IMG/VR virus record: IMGVR_UViG_3300005662_000231
Coordinates: 1 to 24,461 of that record
Reading direction: 5' to 3' (one strand)
DNA length: 24,461 nt
DNA from: a virus
Lineage: Duplodnaviria > Caudoviricetes
Under the pieces are notes generated by a model. It had not been told where the DNA came from, did not search any database, and worked only from the letters and a program-made list of their open reading frames with translations. Position 1 is the stretch's first letter. Each line of letters begins with the position of its first letter. Position numbers and translations under genes: made by a program. This document shows positions 6,652 through 13,189 of this stretch, piece by piece.

Positions 6652-9324
6652 TCAGTATTTGCGATTAGCGAAAGCTGCGGCAAATTCTGTTACCAAATCA
6701 TTGGATTCACCAGAAGCGGTTGCAATGAGTTCTTCGCTCATTAAACCTACTTGTGGCATTGCATAAGCTGATGCTGTACGAGTCATTGGAGTGCGCTCGA
6801 CATGTTTCTTCATTGATTCAAAACCTGCATCATTGAAGCTCATAAGTTCATCAACTTGTTCTTTGATGGCATGTTTGTCACGACCAATGAGACCTTTGGT
6901 TGCCATTTCATTGGCAAGGTCGTAGGCGCGTGCAATCTTAACACGGAAAGTTTCCATGTTTTCTGCCTTCTTAGCTTGTGCGTGTTCTGAGGTGAGATCT
7001 GCTGCAAATTCTTTGCTGGCTTTATCTTTGGCTTGACCATAGAAATCTTTCCAGTATTTAACAGCTTCTTTATCCAAACCTGCTTTGACAAGTTGATCGA
7101 CTTCGGAGGCTTCGATACGACCAGCAACAACAAGTTTTTGAATGTCTTCTGCTGCTTTTTTGGTCTTAGCGGAAACTTCTTTGGTAGCAACTTCGTGCAT
7201 TGCACTAGATACTTCTTCAAGAGTTTCTACTTTAGCAAGATCGCCCTTCATACCTGAAGGAACTGTTCCGCCTTTACCATGAGCTTCTTGCAACATTTTG
7301 CTGAATTGCATGGCTTTTGCGGCTTGTTTTGCGCGATATGCGGCTCTGCCTTCTTTGGTTGAAAGATCGTGTGCTTGTTTTGCCTTCATAAATTTGCCCA
7401 TTTCCTCTGGAGAGTCTGCTGTCATGTTACCATCTTTATCAACTTTTACTGCGTCATTTAAGTCGTGATCATGATCGTGATCGTGTGCTTGTCCTACGTC
7501 TCTAGGATCGTACATGCTTCCTAAAGGAGAACCTTTTGGCTGCCCTGCACGAATACCAGAGCGTTCATCTGATTCGCCACCGCGCCAGCCTTGTTCTCCA
7601 GATGGACGAGGTACTACTCTGGAAAGATAAGCGTCGATACCTGAGCGATCACGTTCGGGCAATCTTGCATGTCTAGCTTCAGCTTCTTCAAATCTTTGAG
7701 TAGCCCCGCCTGGGAGTGGTTTGTTAAATTTAAACTGACCTGGTTTTGGAGGCATTGGTTTCTTAGCAGCTGGTGCTGATGGTGCTTTGCCTGAAAGAAC
7801 TGAAGGAGATTCTGTAGAATAGTTAGCTCCTGGACGGCTCTTACCAGTCAATCGATCATATGCCTCTTGTTCAGTGTCTCCTGCCATAGGATCTGTATCA
7901 ATTAAACGCTTTAATCCTTCTGGATTATTTTTGTAAGATTCCATGAGTCTTTTTACTCTGCCTTCATCTTTTGCAAAAGGATCTTGAGCAACTTTAACCA
8001 TGGAAGAGCGAACTTCAGCAGAAGCTTGTTTTACAAGGATTTCTGTTGAAGATGCGAACTTGCTGAATGCGCTCATAAGAGTATAGCAATCAGCGAGAAC
8101 TTCGCGAGTTGCTGCTTTGCTTTCTGCTACAGTGGCGCGAACGTCACGAGAAGCATTTTTAACAAGAACTCTTTTTGCTAATTTTAGTTCATCTGTAAGA
8201 CCTGATAGTTTAACAGCGGTTTCTTTCATAGCAGCGAGAATTGTTCTGCCGAGTTTGTGTTGCATATTTACAAGAGATGCGGTTGTAGGAGCTAATCCAG
8301 CTGGTTCTGCTGGAAGAGCTGCTAGTTCGCCACCAGCGCCAATTCCTTCAAATTCACCTTCTCCTGCTTTGTTTTGAAGAGCTTCGACACCTTTGCGAAG
8401 ATCTGCAAGGACATTCTCTGCCTCATCGAGTAATTTAGAGAGATTTTCTGAAGGATCTCCTTTGCCACCAGAATCTTTACCGAGTTCTGCCATTCCTCCT
8501 GCTTCTGGCATTTGAGGCATACCGCCCATCATATCCATTCCTGGAGCGGCTGGGGCAGCTGGAGCAGCAGGCATGGCAGGCATTGCGGGCATGGCAGGCA
8601 TTGCTGGAGGAGCAGCTTGAGCAGCCTTGTACATGCTTGCAACTTTTGCTAAACCATTGGTGCGAATTTTTGCGATTAATGAACGACCAAAGGATTCATT
8701 AGCAACGCTATCATAAAGGGCTTGAGAGCGACCGTTGGTGATTTCATTAACATTGGCGGAGAATACAAGTTTTTTGTCGGCGAAAACTTCCCAGCGAGAA
8801 TTGCCAAGATCATCTGAGCCGCTGGCAGTTGCTGCTTTTAAGAAGCGAGCAGTTAATTTTGCACGAGAAAGCATTTCTTTTTTCTCTTTGTCTTTGGGGA
8901 ATAATCCGTCAACTGCGCCAGTATCTGGAAATGGAGGAGCGCCAGTCATTTGGCGGTCTTCTTTGTCACGGATTTTATCGGCATCTTCTTTAGGATAAGT
9001 TTGTGGTTCATTTGCTCCACCACCACCTTGGAAATAAGCTTGCTTTTTAGCAAGATTTGCTTTAGCTGCTTCTAGAGCTGCTTGACGACGAAGAGAGCGC
9101 ATTTCTTCTTCTGCCATACGTTGAAGTCTCTTTTTACGAGCCTCTTCTGATTCTCCAAAAGAATCATAGCCTGGGTGCATACCAGTGACGGGACCGGTAT
9201 CCATTTGACCTGTCATTTGTTTATCTTGTGTATCACGAATTTTGTCTGCTTCTTCTTTGGGGTAAGTTTGTGGCTCGTTTGCGCCGCCTCCGCCTTGGAA
9301 ATAAGCTTGTTTTCTTGTAGTCAT
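6652..9324 (-). CDS. Putative nested in-frame scaffold protein (890 aa) from an internal start
   Basis: TAAGGA lies 7 nt before an in-frame ATG (taataaggatgaaaaaATGactacaagaaaacaagct), just after the protease domain and coiled coil. Analogous to lambda C/Nu3. Confidence 0.55.
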   Translation of the reverse strand: MTTRKQAYFQGGGGANEPQTYPKEEADKIRDTQDKQMTGQMDTGPVTGMHPGYDSFGESEEARKKRLQRMAEEEMRSLRRQAALEAAKANLAKKQAYFQGGGGANEPQTYPKEDADKIRDKEDRQMTGAPPFPDTGAVDGLFPKDKEKKEMLSRAKLTARFLKAATASGSDDLGNSRWEVFADKKLVFSANVNEITNGRSQALYDSVANESFGRSLIAKIRTNGLAKVASMYKAAQAAPPAMPAMPAMPAMPAAPAAPAAPGMDMMGGMPQMPEAGGMAELGKDSGGKGDPSENLSKLLDEAENVLADLRKGVEALQNKAGEGEFEGIGAGGELAALPAEPAGLAPTTASLVNMQHKLGRTILAAMKETAVKLSGLTDELKLAKRVLVKNASRDVRATVAESKAATREVLADCYTLMSAFSKFASSTEILVKQASAEVRSSMVKVAQDPFAKDEGRVKRLMESYKNNPEGLKRLIDTDPMAGDTEQEAYDRLTGKSRPGANYSTESPSVLSGKAPSAPAAKKPMPPKPGQFKFNKPLPGGATQRFEEAEARHARLPERDRSGIDAYLSRVVPRPSGEQGWRGGESDERSGIRAGQPKGSPLGSMYDPRDVGQAHDHDHDHDLNDAVKVDKDGNMTADSPEEMGKFMKAKQAHDLSTKEGRAAYRAKQAAKAMQFSKMLQEAHGKGGTVPSGMKGDLAKVETLEEVSSAMHEVATKEVSAKTKKAAEDIQKLVVAGRIEASEVDQLVKAGLDKEAVKYWKDFYGQAKDKASKEFAADLTSEHAQAKKAENMETFRVKIARAYDLANEMATKGLIGRDKHAIKEQVDELMSFNDAGFESMKKHVERTPMTRTASAYAMPQVGLMSEELIATASGESNDLVTEFAAAFANRKY

Positions 9325-10380
9325 TTTTTCATCCTTATTAAAACTATAAAGTTTGTTAATTCTTTCAAATATTGTGTCTAATTTGTCAGAAATGTTTTTT
9401 AGTGCAAATTCTGACGATTGATCAGAAGCTGATTTTTCTATTTCATCATCTTCTTTTGATTCTTTTGATTCTTCCATTTCTTCTGAGAGTTGGACAACTT
9501 CTTCTTTTAATGAAGTTAATTGTGCCATAATATTGTCTAAAGACTTTACCATATCTTTCATACGGTCTTGCTTGAACTTTGGTTCAATCTTAGACATCTC
9601 TTCTTCTTTCATTTCAACATATTTTGCAATGCTGTTTGCAGCAGCAATAATTGTTTTAATTTTAGCTTTTGGATCTGCGCCATTAACCACAATAGATAAT
9701 TCAATTGGATTAAGGTCCAAATTTACTTCACCGTAGCATGACTTGCTTTTCATATGAGAGCAAAAATCATGTTCTGCACGAGCTACATTGCCACAATCAT
9801 AGCAAATTGCTTTGCCAACTCCTGTTCCCATGGAAACAGATGCGGCATAACCTGTTGATACTTTACGGGCTAAATCTGGATAATTCTTCTTATCCAAAGC
9901 ACACAATGCAACAACACGTTTTAATTTTCTATCGTAATAAGTATCTACAATTAAGCCTCGAATCATATCTACGGAAGAGCTTTTATGATCAAGACATAAA
10001 GGTTTGCCTACCCATTTTTTATGAGCAAGCACAAGTTCAGATTCGGGAAAAATATCTCCATTATTGTTTTTAAAAGGCTTAACATTAGTATCGTTGCTTT
10101 TCCAAAAGATACTTTCGCCTTTTTTCTCCCACCAAACTTTAACAGGCTCTCCTGATGCAGTCACTTTAAATGAGCCATCATCATTAAGAGCAGCATGTTC
10201 AGCTGCGTGCATCATTACTGCACTAAAATAAAGAAAATCATCTCCTTTAGGAGCAATAATTTTTAATTCTTTAGCAATTTTTTCAAATTGACTTTGAATT
10301 TCCGGGTCTGATAAAACAGCTTCTGTACTTTCGATATCTGAAGCTGTAATTGAAATTGATTCACCAATTTTTACAAACAT
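6652..10380 (-). CDS. Prohead maturation protease (HK97/assemblin-like fold with Zn insert) fused to a long scaffold region, 1242 aa
   Basis: The N-terminal domain has NNNGDIFP..EL, GKPLCLDH, RGLIVD, VSMG, CYDCGN..FCSHM and ELSIVVNGADPKAKI, typical of large-phage prohead proteases. The rest is Ala/Lys/Glu-rich coiled coil with low-complexity linkers. The gene lies downstream of terminase and portal and has an AAGGA SD. Confidence 0.8.
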   Translation of the reverse strand: MFVKIGESISITASDIESTEAVLSDPEIQSQFEKIAKELKIIAPKGDDFLYFSAVMMHAAEHAALNDDGSFKVTASGEPVKVWWEKKGESIFWKSNDTNVKPFKNNNGDIFPESELVLAHKKWVGKPLCLDHKSSSVDMIRGLIVDTYYDRKLKRVVALCALDKKNYPDLARKVSTGYAASVSMGTGVGKAICYDCGNVARAEHDFCSHMKSKSCYGEVNLDLNPIELSIVVNGADPKAKIKTIIAAANSIAKYVEMKEEEMSKIEPKFKQDRMKDMVKSLDNIMAQLTSLKEEVVQLSEEMEESKESKEDDEIEKSASDQSSEFALKNISDKLDTIFERINKLYSFNKDEKMTTRKQAYFQGGGGANEPQTYPKEEADKIRDTQDKQMTGQMDTGPVTGMHPGYDSFGESEEARKKRLQRMAEEEMRSLRRQAALEAAKANLAKKQAYFQGGGGANEPQTYPKEDADKIRDKEDRQMTGAPPFPDTGAVDGLFPKDKEKKEMLSRAKLTARFLKAATASGSDDLGNSRWEVFADKKLVFSANVNEITNGRSQALYDSVANESFGRSLIAKIRTNGLAKVASMYKAAQAAPPAMPAMPAMPAMPAAPAAPAAPGMDMMGGMPQMPEAGGMAELGKDSGGKGDPSENLSKLLDEAENVLADLRKGVEALQNKAGEGEFEGIGAGGELAALPAEPAGLAPTTASLVNMQHKLGRTILAAMKETAVKLSGLTDELKLAKRVLVKNASRDVRATVAESKAATREVLADCYTLMSAFSKFASSTEILVKQASAEVRSSMVKVAQDPFAKDEGRVKRLMESYKNNPEGLKRLIDTDPMAGDTEQEAYDRLTGKSRPGANYSTESPSVLSGKAPSAPAAKKPMPPKPGQFKFNKPLPGGATQRFEEAEARHARLPERDRSGIDAYLSRVVPRPSGEQGWRGGESDERSGIRAGQPKGSPLGSMYDPRDVGQAHDHDHDHDLNDAVKVDKDGNMTADSPEEMGKFMKAKQAHDLSTKEGRAAYRAKQAAKAMQFSKMLQEAHGKGGTVPSGMKGDLAKVETLEEVSSAMHEVATKEVSAKTKKAAEDIQKLVVAGRIEASEVDQLVKAGLDKEAVKYWKDFYGQAKDKASKEFAADLTSEHAQAKKAENMETFRVKIARAYDLANEMATKGLIGRDKHAIKEQVDELMSFNDAGFESMKKHVERTPMTRTASAYAMPQVGLMSEELIATASGESNDLVTEFAAAFANRKY
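8941..9312 (-). repeat. Duplicated 35-aa unit KQAYFQGGGGANEPQTYPKE(E/D)ADKIRD..D(K/R)QMTG at 9208-9312 and 8941-9045
   Basis: 31/35 aa identical by manual alignment, with many synonymous differences between copies. Confidence 0.9.
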
Positions 10381-10442
10381 CTACAATCCTTGTTAAAACT
10401 TTAAAATGCCTTTTACCTTAAATATGCAAACCTAATAGCATA

Positions 10443-10580
10443 TCAATGCAAATTATCTTTTTTTGTAGATTCTTTTTCTTTTTCTTGCTGTTTTGTTATT
10501 TTTTCTTTTTCTTTTTTAAGCTCTTCTTCGCTTAAAACTTTTAAAATAGGCGTTGCGTCGCCAATTTTTATAAAAGCCAT
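10443..10580 (-). CDS. Small 45-aa protein below the ORF-track cutoff (MAFIKIGDATPILKVLSEEELKKEKEKITKQQEKEKESTKKDNLH)
   Basis: AAGGA SD 5 nt upstream. It fills the gap between genes, and its N-terminus mirrors that of the protease (MFVKIGE). Confidence 0.7.
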   Translation of the reverse strand: MAFIKIGDATPILKVLSEEELKKEKEKITKQQEKEKESTKKDNLH

Positions 10581-10589
10581 AGGTATCCT

Positions 10590-11324
10590 TTATTTAGCTA
10601 TCTTTCCAGACTCTCTAAGATCTTGTGGATAAAAAACTCTTTGAGAATCACTAACATTTAAAATTTGAGGTCTTTTTTGATTTTGAGGCATCAAATTATT
10701 TTGATCTTGGGTAACTTTACTATTATTTATTTTCTGATAAATATCTATAACAGTTGGAATTTTTTCAGTTAAATTTTTAACTTTATTTGAATCGTTAATC
10801 CAAGTTTCACCAATAATATTTTTCTTGATATGATTAATAATTCTATCTTTTATTAGATTTTCTAATTGAGCAGATTCTTTTTTAATGTTATCAATTGCTA
10901 CTATTATTTTATCTTTAAAATCTTCCGTCTTATAATCATCTAATATTTCAATTAATTTTTGAGATGATTTCATTAAATCATTCATAGCTTCTTTAAAAGA
11001 AGAAATTAACTCCCCACAATGAGTATCTGTAGAAAAATAATTTAATTTATTTAAAGCCTCGAATGCATAGTCTTTGGTAGTGGAAAAATTATCTTCAACT
11101 TTACTTCTAAATCTATTTAATTTTCCACGATATTCTATTAATACCTCTGATGATATTGTTTGTGCTTTTTTAAAAGGACCATACAAAATATCTAAATGAT
11201 CTTTTGCAATAGATAAAGAATTTAATGTGGATGAAAAATTTTTCATAGCATCAAATGCTACTTTTTTTTCAGTATCTGAAATTTTAAAAGACATATCTAA
11301 TGTCGAAGCTAGCTTATTAATCAT
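10590..11324 (-). CDS. Hypothetical coiled-coil protein (about 244 aa, start revised to MINKLA)
   Basis: The track start at 11420 overlaps the upstream gene by 95 nt. ATG 11324 follows the upstream stop at 11326-11328 by 1 nt and gives an N-terminal KxA like its neighbours. Confidence 0.75.
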   Translation of the reverse strand: MINKLASTLDMSFKISDTEKKVAFDAMKNFSSTLNSLSIAKDHLDILYGPFKKAQTISSEVLIEYRGKLNRFRSKVEDNFSTTKDYAFEALNKLNYFSTDTHCGELISSFKEAMNDLMKSSQKLIEILDDYKTEDFKDKIIVAIDNIKKESAQLENLIKDRIINHIKKNIIGETWINDSNKVKNLTEKIPTVIDIYQKINNSKVTQDQNNLMPQNQKRPQILNVSDSQRVFYPQDLRESGKIAK

Positions 11325-11325
11325 A

Positions 11326-12129
11326 TTAGTATTGAAAAATATTGAGTGGTCCAGCGCCTTCAACGGCACCTGCGCCCCTAGTTTGTGCCATATTACTATA
11401 TTGACCCATTTGAGGAACATGCTCTATTTTATCATCATCCTCTTCATCTGATAAATAATCAAAGATATTAGGATCTTCGGCTTGAAAAGGAATATCTGCG
11501 TTGGGCGCAAAAGAAGGAAGAGTATTAAATGCTGGAGTAATATCATTTATTCTATATATTTCTTTTAATAAAGCATTAATATCATAATTATATAATCCAT
11601 CATCTGCTAGCGCAACATCTGATTTTATAGTTGAAGTCTCTGCGGCTTCTTCCGATGTTTCATTAGTTTTTTGTGCGGGTTGTTGAACTAAAGAATGAAG
11701 AAAAGTATCCCAGCTTTTTTTTATATCAGCATTTAAATTTTGTTCGTATTTCCATTTTTTCTGGCTATTAATGGCTTGCTCTGGACTAGCTGCGCCTTTT
11801 AATATTTGATATGTTGCAATAACTAACCCTGTTCGATTAGTCCCGTCAGAACAATGAACATAAATGGGCTGATGATTGCTTATTATGTTTCTAATTTGTC
11901 TTTTTATATATTTTAAATTATCATCAATTAATGGACTTACTTTTAATGGAACTACTATTTGCTTCATATTATATTTCTTAATATAAGGCTTAATATTCGA
12001 GGCAGCCCCTGCATCCAAAGAAAGAATATTTCTAATATTTTTAGATGCTAATTCTTTTAAATCTTGCTCTGATGGTGCTCCACCAGCATAAACTTGTTCT
12101 ATTTCATGTCGATAATTTTGAGGAGCCAT
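11326..12129 (-). CDS. Protein tyrosine/dual-specificity phosphatase-family protein
   Basis: Intact CX5R P-loop PIYVHCSDGTNRTG (HC..RTG at 11827-11856), N-terminal VYAGGAP..DLKEL....IRNILSL typical of DSP/Siw14-like folds, and an acidic C-terminal tail. Confidence 0.85.
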   Translation of the reverse strand: MAPQNYRHEIEQVYAGGAPSEQDLKELASKNIRNILSLDAGAASNIKPYIKKYNMKQIVVPLKVSPLIDDNLKYIKRQIRNIISNHQPIYVHCSDGTNRTGLVIATYQILKGAASPEQAINSQKKWKYEQNLNADIKKSWDTFLHSLVQQPAQKTNETSEEAAETSTIKSDVALADDGLYNYDINALLKEIYRINDITPAFNTLPSFAPNADIPFQAEDPNIFDYLSDEEDDDKIEHVPQMGQYSNMAQTRGAGAVEGAGPLNIFQY

Positions 12130-12139
12130 ATTTTAACTA

Positions 12140-12448
12140 TTAAAATAAATTTTTTATTATATTATTTAAAACTGATGAAATATATTTTATATCGTGACCT
12201 ATTAGGATAGTTTTTATAAAAGTTAGAGATTGACCCATAGATGAACTTGCAGGAGTCTTTTTAGAAGAAATTTCAACAGGATCTAATTTTCTAATTTTCT
12301 CTCTCATAGTTCTATAAGCCTCTAATCTTTTTTGAGGAGAGATTCTTTTTAATAAAAATTTTACAATATCAGCAATTCCCTTTCCTGCTTGGTCGGGAGT
12401 TCCCATTTCTATGGTGGCAGCTGCTAATTTGTACATTCTTTTATTCAT
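12140..12448 (-). CDS. Hypothetical protein, 102 aa
   Basis: Coupled ORF with an 8-nt overlap with the upstream gene and N-terminus MNKRMYKLA. Confidence 0.8.
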   Translation of the reverse strand: MNKRMYKLAAATIEMGTPDQAGKGIADIVKFLLKRISPQKRLEAYRTMREKIRKLDPVEISSKKTPASSSMGQSLTFIKTILIGHDIKYISSVLNNIIKNLF

Positions 12449-12812
12449 GTTTATCCGTTGCTTTTAATTGCAATAAACATACATTTTCAATTTCTTCTAA
12501 AGGAGTCTCTTCCAGTAGAGCTGCATCAAAAATTTCTTTAAATTTCTTCATAACTTTTTCTATATCTTTAGGAGTTTTTTTATTAACTTCTCTTAAATGA
12601 CTAGAATAAGTTTCAGCATGATGATGGTGATTGGCTGTAGAAATTTTTTTATATTTTTTTAATCTTTCATCTTTATGTTTAAAAAATTCAATGTCTTTTA
12701 GACGCTCTTTTGCTTCGTTTAAAGAATGATACGTTCCCATATTTTTTCCATTTTGAGAATAAACTCTCCATGTATTTTTATTTATTTTTTTTATAAAAGC
12801 TAATTTAATCAT
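12441..12812 (-). CDS. Hypothetical protein with small phage domain IKK...W.V.S..GK.MG.Y.S..EA.ERL..IEFFK
   Basis: ATGA-type coupling (4-nt overlap) with the upstream gene and N-terminus MIKLA. I recall the motif from phage head-region proteins but have not verified this. Confidence 0.8.
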   Translation of the reverse strand: MIKLAFIKKINKNTWRVYSQNGKNMGTYHSLNEAKERLKDIEFFKHKDERLKKYKKISTANHHHHAETYSSHLREVNKKTPKDIEKVMKKFKEIFDAALLEETPLEEIENVCLLQLKATDKHE

Positions 12813-13189
12813 TTATTTAAATTTTTATTTAAATTTTTCATATAATTAAATTTATCAGCGAATCCATCATACTCTTCTTCATAGATGTCTTTGATATATA
12901 ACTTTTCTTCTAACGCAACTATAGATCTAACGCTCCAAACATTAATGAAAACTTTAGCAAGTTTTCCATTTTTTTCTACTAAAACAATTAAAGAATCGCC
13001 TACCCCTGCGATTAATTTACCACGAATAACATTTTTTTGTTCAATATCTTGCTCTGCAAATTTTGTAGTAGTTTTTATATCTCCAGAGTAAACTTCTACT
13101 AGCTGATCTTTTAAATGAACAATTACTGCTGCGGCATAAGGATGAAGTTTAATATCTTGTAAATGTATATCATCTCCGGTTTCTATCAT
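12809..13189 (-). CDS. Hypothetical protein, possibly Sm/SH3-like beta fold (126 aa)
   Basis: Coupled ORF with a GAGG SD. The beta-strand pattern VEVYSG...IRGKLI..GDSLIV...VFINVWSVRSI gives only a fold guess. Confidence 0.75.
   Translation of the reverse strand: MIETGDDIHLQDIKLHPYAAAVIVHLKDQLVEVYSGDIKTTTKFAEQDIEQKNVIRGKLIAGVGDSLIVLVEKNGKLAKVFINVWSVRSIVALEEKLYIKDIYEEEYDGFADKFNYMKNLNKNLNK

Noticed and set aside
8941-9312. CRISPR array or DGR template/variable repeat pair
   Set aside because: Only two copies, both in frame in one CDS. Differences are mostly synonymous and not adenine-specific, and no reverse transcriptase or cas gene is present.
6652-9324. C-terminal part of the 1242-aa protein as a fused major capsid protein
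   Set aside because: It is dominated by Ala/Lys/Glu helices and low-complexity linkers, and I see no HK97-fold beta pattern. Scaffold fits better, though structure prediction is needed.
6840-10073. Short ORFs inside or antisense to the 1242-aa gene
   Set aside because: Fully nested with no recognisable motifs, as expected from codon bias. The same applies to 4712..4903, 5027..5236, 11227..11451, 12885..13091, 13920..14192, 16524..16832, 16532..16789, 18231..18446, 19281..19664 and 20447..20910.
11325-11420. N-terminal extension of the 276-aa ORF
   Set aside because: It overlaps the phosphatase gene by 95 nt, and ATG 11324 is the better-coupled start.
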